From assembly GCA_010909165.1 (NCBI GenBank), contig VJWM01000118.1, positions 806,001-870,000 on the forward strand: DNA of 64,000 nt, read 5' to 3'. Below, one piece after another: positions 38,064-51,254 of this stretch. The notes beneath the pieces were generated by a model. The model was not told where the DNA came from and searched no databases. It was given only the letters and a program-made list of their open reading frames with translations. The stretch is from Anthoceros angustus. Its lineage: Eukaryota; Plantae; Anthocerotophyta. Made by a program: the position numbers and the translations under genes. Each line of letters opens with the position of its first letter. Position 1 is the first letter of the stretch.

Positions 38064-41000
38064 TTTGCCGCAAAGATGGCAAGGGGATGCTGCCATGCCC
38101 ATTCAAACTGTGCACCAGAACACAACAGAACAGAGCGGTGGATCAACATCGAGAGTGTGCTCAGACACTCACGATTACAACATGGTCCAAGTTGACACAC
38201 TCGCCTGTAATGCATCCACCTGTGTGTGGAAAACGTGCACGCGGGTTACTGTGAATCTGTTCCACAACAGACACTTGCTGTCAGAATTACGGTCAAGCAG
38301 GTAAGCGAATTACCATTCCCTGCAGCTCCCAGCATACCCGATGTAGGTGCGACCCTTGCTGCGAGGATTCTCAGAACAAAGCAGATAGCATGCGAAGAAT
38401 GCACTCTGGTGTTCTTCCTCCTCCAGCGGCACATCGGCCAGCTCCGGCTCCTCCACCGGTTCATTTCTCCCAGAGTTCCCCGTTAGTGAATCGGAAAAGT
38501 GCCCAACAAAGCGAAGAAGAGGAAGAAAGCTGCTGCCCAGATTTGACGGCGCTCGTGCTGGATTGGATTGCTTCAAGCTGCAGCAGTGGTGTCCCGAAAA
38601 TATGACCGTTCACCGTTCCGTGTTCGTGGCAAGTATTCCACGGTCCCGATCCAGGGTCACCTGAACTGGACCTTGCTGGTAGCCCCCACCATGCCTCAAT
38701 AGATAAGGATCGTTCCAAGGCATTGGGGTTTTGGATGTGGCTCAGAATCCCTGTTGGGAGTTCAGGATGCACTCCTCAACGCCCTGATTGAGTGCCTTCC
38801 CGACTTGCAAGAGGTGGATGGAGTTCCTGTTTGAAAACTCGAAACGGTTTGCCGAGACGAGGTAGGATAGCCCCCTCGTTGCTTGGGGTCGGTCCGCAAT
38901 GACCTTACGACTGCTTCCTACTGAGCCATGGCTTGTGAACCCCAACCCGTTCGATCCCGCTCTTGGAGGTGAGGGCTCTGACGGAGGTGCAGAGGCTGAA
39001 TACGAGTATCCGGTTCTTGCAGCTGATTATACTTTTCTGGAAGAGTTATAGAGGACACTGTCTTACAATCCAGTGATGGATGCGGCACCTGGTCATCCTC
39101 CAACATCAGGCTTCTTGACAGATTCAGTGGGACACCTCTAGTGGTAACTAAGAATCAACCGTAGGCATGTGGAGTGACTTGCCACAATTCCACATAGATC
39201 ATGTCAAAGGCTAGGCATGTGCATGGACTGCCACAATTCCAGAGAGATCATGTCAAAGGCTTGAATAGCAAGACATTGTTGTAAGGGTTGGGAACCATGT
39301 GCATTGCTGGTTGTTGCAGTTGTAAGGGTTGGGAACCATGTGTATTGCTGGTTGTTGCAATTGTAAGGGTCGACGTGAGTACAATTTAGTGATAAAACAT
39401 ATGATAAAATATAATATATATATATATAAAATCACATCGGATAATATCTATGATTTTAGAATGAAAATAATGAAAAATAAAATATAATAATACTTCTATA
39501 ATTTCAATAACATCATAAATATAAGATTTGTATACATATACCTATTGATATCTTATAATAATATTCAGGTTAAACAGTGGCAAATACTCGTTGCCTAGCC
39601 ATAAAAACATTAGGAGAATGAGACACCCTCAACATCTATATTACATCTAGAGAAATTGATGATCATATATATAGAGAATATTAATAATACTTACAAGATA
39701 TTTAAAACGTATAAATTGACATATATATAATTATATACATGTCAAATATTATATTATATACACATAAATATTATAGGACAACATGTGTGACTTCCATATG
39801 AAAAATAATCTATATTAAAAAATCATCATACGTATTTTATCTTGATAACGTGGATAAAATAAATTTATGAAAAAAAATTATGATTACCTTATAACAAACA
39901 CGTCTCAAGAAGAACGTTCTTTCATGTAAGAACCTTAAAACATCTATAGAGGTATGAACATATGGTAAATATATGGATTAAAAAGAATAATTTTATTGAC
40001 CCTATATCAGAAAATTCAGCATGTTAGTATGAACTATATGCATATACAAGCAATGCAAATTTTGACATCTTAATCTAGTAGCAAAAATTATACATAAAAC
40101 AATATGTGATGTATACTTTTACACATATATAGTATTCAATATACTAATATTCAGTTACTCATGGTTATTTTTGATATACATATGGACTCCATATTAACCA
40201 TCAGATAATATGATATTAGACTCATATAAAAGTCATCGTGACTTAAGAAGTGTATTTATGCATACAATTCATATTATCACATACAAATGCCGTATCCTAT
40301 AAATATGAAATCATTATAAAATAGTCTCACATTAGAATTATAGGAAAAGTACATGATAATTATAAACTAGAATACTATGGAGATTTTATGTTTTATATAT
40401 ATTGTGGATTCGGTATGGTCACGGTTTGAAAAACGTGGCCCTTCAGTTTTGTGGATGAGTTGCAGATGGAAAGGCTTCTCCATTCTCCACAGCGATGCGA
40501 AGTCCCTTGGCTTGTCTGGTAAAGTCTTCGTACATATTGATTGCCTCACCCATGATTGATTGATTCCCTCATCCATGATTGAGCAGTAGTGTTCATTCTT
40601 TATGCTTTTTGATTTCATGCAAGAGAATCCATGGAGGAGTCTTGGGAGAAGGCATGAGACGTGAGAGGTTATCGCCATTCACTCTTTTGCGGAGCCCTAA
40701 GTTGATCATTATTCATGATTAGTAATTATGATTATATGTTCACGAGTATATGATGGAACAGGGCAAGCCTCTTGGACTGTCCCGATGGCTAATTATGGAA
40801 CATTGCAGACTTACTGTGGGCACAGTTCGATATGTGAGCTCATGGAAAGAAAGGTTTTTTTAGGGGTACTTCTCATTTTTATGTGAAACGGCACAGTGCC
40901 TTCGAACTGCCATTGTGAAAGGCCTTTGAGGCACTTTGCACAGACATGTTCACCAAACTGTTGGCCACAAGCTTGCACTTCAGATTCATGGCTTGTATAA

Positions 41001-41908
41001 ATGAAAGACGATGATCCCATCAAGAATTGCCACATTCAGCACGAGATCTAGCTGGAACGCTATTTCCTCATGCCGGGTCCACAGTTCAGGTCTGCTACCT
41101 AGCTTTAGTCCTAGTGATTGCCATGCTGCTCCATCCTCCTACCCCCAGGCCCCACCTGTTGCTGAGCTGAAACTTGGGTTTGATCAATGTGATCCGGTAG
41201 AGGAGAAGATTGCCATGCTGCTCCATCCTCGTACCCCCAGGCCCCACCTGTTGCTGAGCTGAAACTTGGGTTTGATCAATGTGATCCGGTAGAGGAGAAG
41301 ATGAAGTTGGCATGTGCTGACCTGTTGTAGGTGAGTTGGAAGAGCTCCAGAAAGAATTTCTTGTGGTTGAAGGTAGCTAGGCTGGGATCCGGTTGAGCCC
41401 TGTTATTGCCAAGCCCAGCCCGCATCACTCGTTTTGACTAAGATTGTTTGAACAGATGTGCGAAGAAGCAAAGTGGTGGCCACAGGACGCTTGCCTGCTC
41501 AAGAGGGGAAAGTTTCTGGCATGGTAAGCTACCTTTCAAAGACCTACCTATGCTTTGTTAGCAACATTCACATGCTTATTGTTTCCTGAAATCCTCTCTT
41601 CAGGCTGGGCACCTTGAGGATATTGTAGGAGACAAGATGTTCACGGCCTACACGCACTTTGGGCAGAGGTAATAGCTGACTCTCGTTTTGGGCCTCATGA
41701 TAAATCATTCTTATTTTTTCATATACGGTATATATTTTTATACTGGTATATCCAATAAAACCCGTCAACACCAGTCACATATAAAGAAGAAACTTGGACA
41801 AAAGAAGTATGAATGACTAGACTTGATCAGCTATGTGCCTTAAGTAATACCTCTATCACATTGACAAAACTTGTACTCATCGGCCAAACTTGCTTGAGAG
41901 CCATGGCG
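37921..41908. repeat. Segmental duplication, copy B
   Basis: See 353-4333; copy B carries a private 92-bp tandem duplication at 41116-41300. Confidence 0.92.
38083..38470 (-). pseudogene. SLX1: SLX1 GIY-YIG fragment, copy B (~85 bp deletion in exon 2)
   Basis: FFACYLLCSENPRSKGRTYIG and FEWAWQHP are present; the RQHNG..PW segment is deleted relative to copy A. Confidence 0.88.
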
Positions 41909-42340
41909 GGCAATAAGATTGAAAAACAATTGCTATGACCATAAAAGCAGCAGCAAGCAAGAGGAAGTGCGTGAATATTTCTGGATAAAACCTTCGCGTG
42001 CTAAAGAGCGAGCAAGATGCCCAGCTTTTAGCAATCCTTATACGCTTCTCACAACGCACAATGGTAGGGATGCACACTGCACAATTCCATTTCACATGGC
42101 AGAGCTTCTGGGCGCGGATGGGGTATGCATGTGGGAGGATCGAAGGAGTCGAGGGTTTGATGTGAATGGGCGCCAAAAATTTCATCAGGGACCGGGAATC
42201 CGAGTCGGGCAGGGTTTTGGTAGGGTTTAACGAAGTCGATGCGAGCGCGAGTGCGGGAGCCCGGTGGAGGAAGGGAAGTGACATGAAGTGAGCGTTGCAT
42301 GTCGGCAGGCGGGCTGGGCAGAGTGTGCGGCGCTGTGCTG

Positions 42341-44275
42341 ATGCCCCTTTGGCAGAGATGGCAGTCTCTGGGCCTGGGACCCGTGCTGGGCTACGGGTGT
42401 GTGGGGAAGGCGAGCGGGGCGGCCGAGTGCGGGGCTGTGGCCAGGGAGAGCGTGGCATGGCCGGCGTTTGTGCGGAGCCTGGCGAGTGCCGTGGAGCGGG
42501 AGAGGCAGGAGGCGACGAGCAAGGAGGATGTGGAGGCGGGGCTGCTGAGCACCAGCATCGGCATCGGCAGCGCTCCGACCAGGTCCAGCTTGGTGGAGCG
42601 GGACGCCGTGTCCTGGGCTCTGCGGGTCTACCTCTGTAAGCACAAGAATGTGGCGGCTGCGGACGCCGTGTGGATCGTGGAAGGCGCGCCGTTGTTCAGC
42701 AGGAAGCTGGTGGCGGCTGTGAAGGCGGGGATCCCGCCGGGGAGGTTAGGGCACACGAGCCATCTGAACAAGGAGACGTGCCGGGAGCATGCGGAGAACA
42801 TTTTCATGCGCGACGGCGTGAACGTGCTGGAACCGTTTCTGGAGAGCTTGGGAGTGGATGCGGAGGATTTCGAGGATCTGGCGGGCTCGGTGACGCTGGA
42901 CCTGGCCGAGCTGGTGGCCAGCGTGAAGGTGCTGGAGGAGCTCGGGATCCAGAGGAAGCATATCTGGCGGCTGCTGGAGCGGGATCGGAAGCTGCTGAAT
43001 TGCACGGCCGCGGATCTGGAGGTGGGAGTGAAGGCGCTGTCGGATCTAGGGTTTGCGCGGCGGGAGATCGGGGAGATCGCGTACAAGTGTCCCGCGCTGC
43101 TGCGGATAGGGTTGGCGGATGTGGCGGTGGAGCTGGATGAGGAGGACGGGGATGGAGGTGAGGAGGTGGTTGGGAAGGACGGGCTTGCTTTGGTGAGGAA
43201 GAATGTGCGGTATCTGAAGGAGGAGTTAGGGTTTTCCGGGAAGCAGATCATCAAGCTTGTGCAGAGCTACACCAAGACGTCCAGGATTCTGTTCAGCGAC
43301 ATGGCCGTTGTGATGCAGCCGAATGTGCAGCTGTTGAGGGAGATCGGGTTGACGAATGAGAATATCCGGAGAGTGTTAGGGTATTCTCCGGCAGTGATGA
43401 ACTTGACGCGGGACACCATCGCTGCCAAGATCCAGTATTTGGAGAGCTTGGGAGTGGACAGTGTCGGGAAGGTGATCACTCGGTTTCCTGCTATCCTGCA
43501 GTATAACATCAGCAGCAATGTGGAGCCGAAGATTGACTACTTGAAGAGCCTGGGAGTGAAGTCGTCGGGGTTGGGGAAGGTGCTGACGCAGTGTCCTTCC
43601 GTGCTGGGGTACAATCTTGATGGGAAGCTGAAGCAGACGGTATCGTTTCTCGAGAGCTTGGGGCTGAAGGGGGACAGGTTGGCCAGACTCATCGTGACCA
43701 AACCGCCGGTGCTTGCGTACTCGGTGGATGGAAGCTATGCGGAGACGCGGGAGTTTTTGATGAACCTAGGGTTGGAGCCGGGCACGAAGGCCATGGCCAG
43801 GGCCTTCGCTGCCTCCTTCAGCAGCTCTGTTGTGGCGATGCAGGCCCGCTTTGAGTTCTTTGTTGGCAGGGGCTTTCCGCGGGAGTGGGTGCGGGATATG
43901 CTCAGGGCTCAGCCGTCGCTGCTGTGTTTGAGCGAGAACAATCTTCTGTGTAAACTGAAATTTTTTGAAGGCGTGTTAGACCTGTCTGAGATGCCTCCAT
44001 CCAGGGTCGCTATCTTCCTTTCCTTCGGCCTTGATACCAGGGTGAAGCCCAGGTTCAGAGTCATGTCATGGCTTAAACAACATGGTCATCTGCCCATGAA
44101 TTACCCCTTTCACCGCATGCTGGACGCGAGTGAACCCAAGTTCGCCAACAAGTATGTTGCGCCTTATCCTGGGGCTCTGGCAATTTTCCGGGAAGCATGT
44201 GGCAGTGGAGATCTCTTTTCACAGCAAGGTTGTGAGACGACTCAAGTGTCTTCCGACTCGGATCCTGTTCTATGA
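42341..44275 (+). CDS. mTERF-family protein (single exon, ~644 aa from the first ATG)
   Basis: Long intact ORF with ~30-aa repeats (YLESLGV..VGKVITRFPAILQYNI, YLKSLGV..LGKVLTQCPSVLGYNL, FLESLGL..LARLIVTKPPVLAYSV) and the C-terminal RVKPRFRV motif. Confidence 0.92.
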   Translation: MPLWQRWQSLGLGPVLGYGCVGKASGAAECGAVARESVAWPAFVRSLASAVERERQEATSKEDVEAGLLSTSIGIGSAPTRSSLVERDAVSWALRVYLCKHKNVAAADAVWIVEGAPLFSRKLVAAVKAGIPPGRLGHTSHLNKETCREHAENIFMRDGVNVLEPFLESLGVDAEDFEDLAGSVTLDLAELVASVKVLEELGIQRKHIWRLLERDRKLLNCTAADLEVGVKALSDLGFARREIGEIAYKCPALLRIGLADVAVELDEEDGDGGEEVVGKDGLALVRKNVRYLKEELGFSGKQIIKLVQSYTKTSRILFSDMAVVMQPNVQLLREIGLTNENIRRVLGYSPAVMNLTRDTIAAKIQYLESLGVDSVGKVITRFPAILQYNISSNVEPKIDYLKSLGVKSSGLGKVLTQCPSVLGYNLDGKLKQTVSFLESLGLKGDRLARLIVTKPPVLAYSVDGSYAETREFLMNLGLEPGTKAMARAFAASFSSSVVAMQARFEFFVGRGFPREWVRDMLRAQPSLLCLSENNLLCKLKFFEGVLDLSEMPPSRVAIFLSFGLDTRVKPRFRVMSWLKQHGHLPMNYPFHRMLDASEPKFANKYVAPYPGALAIFREACGSGDLFSQQGCETTQVSSDSDPVL

Positions 44276-44746
44276 CGTTTCCTAGCTCCTTATAGCACTT
44301 GTATAGCCGTAACAGAAATCTGCATACAGGCAAGCCATTCTCTCTTCGGTCATCTGCAGCAACCTAAATCAGGAAGGGAAGGCCTTCCAAGTCACAGGCT
44401 CTTTAGAACAAGAACGTGCATAGCTTTCAAAGTTGCAGATGTTCCAATGTACAATATACAATTCATAAGGATGGACAGGAATCTACCGCTCACAAGCTGC
44501 TGGATTAAATCCACACAGGACAGCGTGTTTATGTATCAAGACAAGTCCACGGCCTCAGACAAGAGTAGCTAGTGCGACCTCTCCCGGTGTTAGACTACGG
44601 AAACAATCCTCCGTATTTCTTGTTCATCTCGCTAATGTACATGATCTCTGCCAAAAATGACCGGAGCCCGCGATAAGCGAGGAGCTCAGGGGGTTTTCCA
44701 ACAATCGCTCCTGCTCCAAACTGCGAACCGACCTAATTGCAGTAGA

Positions 44747-47700
44747 TTATGTACAGCCTCCAGTATCGACAGCTCCGCCATGCCGCCTCTCCTTCTTAAC
44801 TCTGGTTTCCTTGGGGTCGAAGCCGCCTTCAGATGCACCATACACAGCCCAGTCTGGTGTGGGAGCCATGTAGTCTTCACTACTGAAGGACTCCCCCGAT
44901 GACACCTAGCACAAACATCGCATGCACTTGTGTCAGAAGAAAGACCCGCACGTTATCACGTGTTAGCGCGTCTTGCAACAGGTTGATTGTAGTTACCAAG
45001 TCATGGAACTTTTCGTAGTCAATCCAGGTGTGCCACTTTCCCCCAACTCTGAACTTGGACTCCTTGGCCAGCAGCACACAGCAGGAATGAACATGCTCGC
45101 AAGCTAGTCCATATTGTCCACCTGATTCAGTAAGCAGAGATTCTGCAAATGCTTTGACGTCTTCATGCCAAGGGACGTTCTCCATGGTCAAGGAGGAAGT
45201 TGCAGTTCTGGATAGGACGACAGAGTGATGCATCAGAATCGGAACATCTTCGAAGGATGCAATAGGTTGACAAGACCAGCACTTACGAGCCACAATACGT
45301 CACACCCTTGATCTCTATGAAGTCAGGTTCACCGAGCTGAAGGAGGTCGGCATAAGCCTTCACTTCTTCAGTGTTCCAGCCTTTGACTAGGGTTAGTCGG
45401 TAAACGGTTCTCTGCTTTTTGTCCCGAAGAGACCGCAAAGAGTCCTGTGGTTGTGCAACAGCGAGCATTAGCCAGTCATCTTACACGCTTCATCACCAGT
45501 CGACAACAGGACATGACACAAATTCAACAACCTCCTAGACCACGTACCGTGAAACGCTCCCAAAAGTCTGCAAACAGAGGTCTGTCTATTGCTTTCAACC
45601 TTTCCTTAGTTCCTGCATCAACACTTACATACAGCTGGCATAACCACATAATGACATTGTTAGTCATATCTTCACTGCAGCTCCACACAGCAAGCCGTCG
45701 AGAGATGGCAGACCACCAGTTTACCTGAGTTATTGGATCTAGCAACAAGATACGATCAGGGAACTGAGCATTGGTGACCAAGAAAGTCGAAATTCTTCGC
45801 CTGTGAAGTTCTCCAACTAGCTTGTTAATCTCAGGGTACATAATTGGCTCTCCAACTAGTGACAGTGCACAATGCACAGGTGCCATCCCCTCTGCTATGC
45901 GCTCCGGTTTCACACCTGTGACAGAGGCAAACTGCTAAGCATGCCTGCCATACATCCATACATCCTATTTCTACATCAACCATACCACCCAGAACCCTTC
46001 ATACCTGGAACTCCCTTCATCTGCTTTATCATCCGTACATGCTGATCGATTGCTGAGTTTACTATTTCTAGAGGATCATCCATCTTCCAACGCCAAGACC
46101 GTCCGACAGGGTTTGTATGGTGTCTCCAGCAGAAAACACATTTGTTTGCACACGCTAAACTTGGAGTTGTTTCCATACACCTGATAGAAATGCCATTAGT
46201 TAGGAAATAGAAGCACCTCTTCAGCTCAACAACCAGAAAATCCATGAGCAGTGGTTCACCAGCTTGCTGAAAGAAAAAACATGCCACTGACCGGTGGCTT
46301 TCAATTCCATAAAAAGAATGCTTGTAGCAGCCACCACGGCCACGAAGCTGTGATTTTGTCCAACGACAGACCTTGACTCCACTGTGTGAGCCAATGACTT
46401 TGTATCCCTGCAGTCAGAAATGAAAGGTAGTTGAGAAGCAGATTACAGTAACTGGTCACCACTTTGATGACTTGAAGAAAGGATAAGCTCTACCTGCTTC
46501 TCCAGGCTTGCGCGTATCACGGGAGTAACCATTTCCTTTGCAACATCGTTGTTTGCTTTACTCACAGAAGAGACCGTGGTCTTCAGGCTAACTTCATAGA
46601 CTGAGTTCTTGCCAACATTTTTCCTCACAATACCCCGTTGCTTGGTTGGACCCTCAACTGACTTTGAGAACTTGCCGGCTAGATCCTCCACGTCAACCAA
46701 GCTGGAGCCTACACTCTGCTTGTCATCCACCTCTTCGTCGTCGCTGGTCACATAACTCTCCTCCTCCTCGGCAGACTGGAGAGAATCTGCAGTGGCAGTG
46801 CTGTAATTGGAGTCCTTGAGATCCTCAGCTCCATTGTGTTGGAGCTCCTGCAGGAGATCATGAGCCCATGATGCAAACACTTCCTCCACATTGCCTTCAT
46901 CTTGATCTCCCTCTCCAAGTTTCACAACCCGGATGGCACCAAGCTTAGACATGTTTTCATCAACAATTTTGCCCACTGCATTGAACGTCGAGCCATAAGC
47001 ACTGCTCCCGACCCCGAACACAGCATACCTGCCAAGAAACACAGGACTGAAAGTCAGCAACTGAACACTCAAGAACCTTTTATGACACCAAAACCTTACG
47101 ACAAAGTTCTAGGTCTCGGTCCAGGTGTAGGAAGAGTAAAACCTGCACTCACACAGCAGGCCTGAGCCAACTCTGAAGTCCTTTGCACTCTCCTCAAGCC
47201 AATTGGCCAGAAATGCTGCATTCTTCGGGGCCCTACCATCCTCCCAGGTAGACGTGACAAAGATCACCAAAGTCTCCTTCGGCAGGTCCTCGGGTTCATA
47301 CACCGCCGCATTCACCAGCTCCACTGGAAAATCCTGATCCAACAGCTGCTGATACAGCTTCTCAGCTAGCCGCTGAGCTGTGCCCGTCTCCGACCCGAAC
47401 AAAACTTTCGTCCTGGAATGCTCATCCTTCACACTCAGGTAACCATCCAACAATTCAGTCGGCACCGCAGCATAAGACAACCCAGCCTCCGTCCTGCAAC
47501 ATCCTGCACCGCAGCTCTCCGCCTGCTCCTCTGCTTCACCACCGCTTCCACCAACCCTACTAGACGAGCTCTCAGACCTTTGATCCCGCTTACGAGGCGG
47601 CACGACGTACTCACCCTCATCTTCCGACCGGCTCAAAATGTCCACTACCTTAACCTGCTGCCCAATGGGGCTATCCCACTCGTACTCGTCGTCGTCTGCA

Positions 47701-48054
47701 TAATTCCCCTGGTAGCTGCCGGAAACGCGCGTTACCCCATTCCCATTCGCTGGCCCTGCGGACGCCCTACAGCAGCAAGAACCCCCGACATCCGGAGCTG
47801 CCTTCTTGCAACACTCTCCCGTGGCTGCTGGCTCTTCCGCATGATCCTCAGTCAACTCTCCCCGCTCCTTCTGCTCCTTCTCCTCCTTCTCCTCTTCCGA
47901 CTGCTTTTTCTGCGGGTCTTCCTGCACCTCGATCGGCCTGCTTAATAGCCAGCGGAGCAACCTTCCGGTACCGCACCACAGCCCAGATTGAAACAGAAAC
48001 CGCCACGATCGAGGCGCATTTCAGCACGGTCAGGGTGGCGGACCGCATCGTCAT
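44747..48054 (-). CDS. TYW1: tRNA 4-demethylwyosine synthase (flavodoxin + radical SAM + wyosine formation domains), multi-exon
   Basis: VLFGSETGTA, VTSTWEDG, AVFGVGSSAY, TPSLACANKCVFCWR (CxxxCxxC), HCALSLVGEP, QRTVYRLTLVKGWN, PDFIEIKGVTYCG, ACEHVHSCCVLLA, TPDWAVYGASEGGFDP then stop at 44747. One frameshift near 47960. Confidence 0.96.
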
Positions 48055-48479
48055 GCTCTCAGCAGCAATGGCGGGCCTTCCATGCAGCTAGTCTGTGAAG
48101 CACCGCCTGCACAGTGTGAACACTACTGAGCCAGAAAAGAGCCAGTGGATCAAACCAGATCCTCAAGAACGCGCAAGCATTCAGCGTTCCGGCTGATGAG
48201 AACTGGAAATCCTTACCAGAAACAGAATGAGGAAAATCGCTTCATTGAGAGAGATTCAGACACTCAAGTCTCAGCGTATATGTAGAGTCTCGCGGCTGGG
48301 AATCAGCACCGATCCCTTTGCGCGGGGAAGATCATACACACAGCTTACATCGGAACTTAGGGTAACCTCAGTGGAGTGTGCGGAGCCGGTGGACATGGAT
48401 TCATGACCGTCCACGATCGGTTTCCACATCCATGTACACATTAATGTGATTAGACTTAGGATGGGTGAACTTAACTACA

Positions 48480-49984
48480 GCCGAACTCGAGGGTTGGTTG
48501 AGCTCGGTTCTCGGGCCCTTGGGCCGCAACCAGGCTCACCATGACGAGAATCCGGCGCTGGATTGATGGAGAGCTTCGCTGCCAGGACGGTGGAGGAAGG
48601 CGAGAGACAGGCGTGCTTGCTTGGAGTTGGACACCACACGATGTTTCGGACTCGCTATGCGGCCATCTGTGACGGCCTGGGAGCAACAACATTGCAAATT
48701 ACACTGTGTTGGAAGCTGGAACAAGGATTTTGGAACAAGGTGAAAGAAATGGAAGACTGGATCCGAGGATGATGTGATGGTTGAAGGTTTTGGAGGGATG
48801 GAAAACAGTGGAGAATTCTTGCACCTGAAGGATGTCTCCCGCGGCAATCAGAAAGGCGTCGGGGAGAGGTTTGATTCCCTGCCATTTGCCGTTCTTGAGG
48901 ATTTGGAGCCCACCGATGAGGTCCTGATACACCAGGGAGAGAAGCACGCGGTCAGTGTGAGGCCTGTTTGAAATGGTCTGCTCCGGCTGTGGAGATTTGC
49001 GGTAGTAGCTCCAGCGGAGGAGAGACGCGCCGCCGACAGGGATGATCTCCTCATTGTCCTGTGTGAAGGTGGAGGAAGGATGTTTAGGCTCTCGGAGATG
49101 AGCTCCAGGAGCGCGGCTGCCTTGGCCTCGGACGCGAGGATGTAGCGCTTCATGAGAATGGCCATCCAGGATGCGTCCTCTGGCCCTCTGCCGATGAGCG
49201 GAGCAATGGCGTCTACCATAGCCGGCGTGGACTGCACCGTGAAGCTTTCTTGCCAGATCCGGGCTGCATCGTTCTGTCTGTCCACTTGCTGCATGTATCC
49301 CAGGGGCGGGCCTGGTGGAATGTGTGCTTTCTTCTTCTCCTGCGCAGAATAACTGAAGGTTAGAGATCAAGACTGGACTCTAGAGCAATGCAGCGAGATT
49401 GTTCTGTGCAGGCACCTCGATCGGCTTGTCGAAGAAGGCACGAGCCACGGTTTCCAAGTTGTAAACCAGATCGAGTGCAAATTTGTGGTTGACGACCTGG
49501 AAGAATCCATACTCCTCCAGCGCGAAGCGGATGGTGTTCAACAATCTTTTCTTCTTCGCCTGGAGCTCGGCGCTGTTGCGTCGCATCTCCATCGCAGTCT
49601 CTCCATTTGGTGGAAGGCGTTCGAGCTGATGCTGGAGGTTAGTCAGCTGGTACATGACGTCCAGATCGACGACGGGCATCTCCATCGGGAAGGCATGGTG
49701 CTGGTGCTGGAGCTCGGACTCTGCAGGAATGGCCGCTGCCACCTCCTTGCTGGAAAAGCGAGTGCAACAGCGAGGCAGGGACCTGTAGCCAGGCCCTTGT
49801 TGTGCCAGCTCCCCTTGAGCTTGTCCATGCGGCCGGGATTATTCGACAACATGGAAGATAGCGGTAGGACTCTGCGGGGAGCCGTAGTAGGCATAGCTGG
49901 CGTGAGGAAGCGGACCTTGTCCGCAACGGCTGCGGTGGCGGCCATGGCTGGTCGCACAAGAGAGACTGACTCTACTAGGAGCAT
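48480..49984 (-). CDS. 2-oxoglutarate/Fe(II)-dependent dioxygenase (DOXC type)
   Basis: MPVVDL...EEYGFFQVVNH (DIOX_N), LRWSYY, PHTD, GGLQILKNGKW, AAGDILQ, KHRVV..RLSLAF (HxD...H and RxS). Ends are approximate; frameshifts near 49750 and 48560. Confidence 0.9.
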
Positions 49985-51254
49985 GCAGTTTATGAGCAGG
50001 CAATAGAGTTATGACCAATAGAGTTATGGCCCCGAGCTGCGAGTCTTTAAAGGAATCCATGGATTCCGTGGCTTCAAGAGCGTTTGCCAGTCTCCACTGA
50101 CCGCTTCTGCCGTTGGATGCTCCTTCAAGTGTTTGATGCCTTTCAAATGCTTCAAGAGCGGTTGCCAATCTGCACTGAGCGCGGCTGCCATTGGACGCTC
50201 CCTCCGTTGTTTGATGCCTTTTGCTTCTCCTTTCGCGACAAACGTGATTGAATTGTTTGCTGCCTTTCTGCTGCTCACCCGTCTTCCAGGCTCCAGCCTC
50301 GCGTGTCGCCTGCAGAAGTTAGTATTTTATTACTATTGTATTATCGTCCACACTGTATGTATGTAGTTGTTTGTGTCGGTAATACAGCGTGGAGCTGTGA
50401 ATGCAGCATTACGCTTCGGCCTGTCCTTCACTCCAGCTTACGCCCGTCCATTACTCTGCAGCTTACGCGCACGCGCCACTTTACGCTGCCCCCACGCTGC
50501 AGTTCAGCTTTAAATGCAGGCTGCTCAGGTGCATTTCGCCCCTTCACGTTTGCTTTCTCGCTTTCTGCATTGCGATTGTGACGCCCTGGGAGTTCGAGCA
50601 TATCGCCGGTCTGTCTCCGGCTTCATCTGGTTGGATCAGTGGGAGTGGTGGAGACTGGATTGCCATGTTCATGGCTGGATGATTTCGTGAGGTAGGCACC
50701 GGTAAATTTTGCTCCAGTTCAGTTGCGTCCACCACCCCGTTTGTGCCAACTGCATTTCTCTCCGTGGGCCTCCACATTGCGTAGCAGCACTTTACAGTTT
50801 GCAACTTTTTCGCTTTGCTGCGCTTTTGAGACAACCAGCGGTGTGGATGCAGGGTGCTGTCGTGATGCCGTAAGCATTTTCCCTTCATCGGTAGGTTCTC
50901 AGCTTGTGGCGGAGGATACCAGTGTCGGAATTGTGCTTGGAACATTTGCAGTCAGCGGATTCTCTAGTTATCTTTGACTATCTGTGCTTCTCTGCCTGCA
51001 GGGGCTTAAGGAAGGGAGCAGTACTGTCTGATACATATTGTGAAGCTTGCGCACTTTCTTGTTCTGCAATTAGCTTAGAAGAAGGTACGGGCCTTTGTTA
51101 TCCAGGGCTGTAACAAGCAATTAGTCTCAGGACTCTGTTGTTATTCTTCTCAGCTGTGAAAGAGCAATGACGGCGCCACTGGCTTTGGTCTTCGCTGATG
51201 AGATACTCGTGGGTTGTTCTTCTCTGTGTCTAGAGTAAGTTCTTTGAGCAATTG

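Noticed and set aside
42227-43518. Overlapping minus-strand and alternate-frame ORFs
   Set aside because: Shadows of the GC-rich mTERF coding sequence.
50050-50230. ~70-bp imperfect repeat giving ORFs 49839-50278
   Set aside because: Short promoter-region duplication with no domain evidence.
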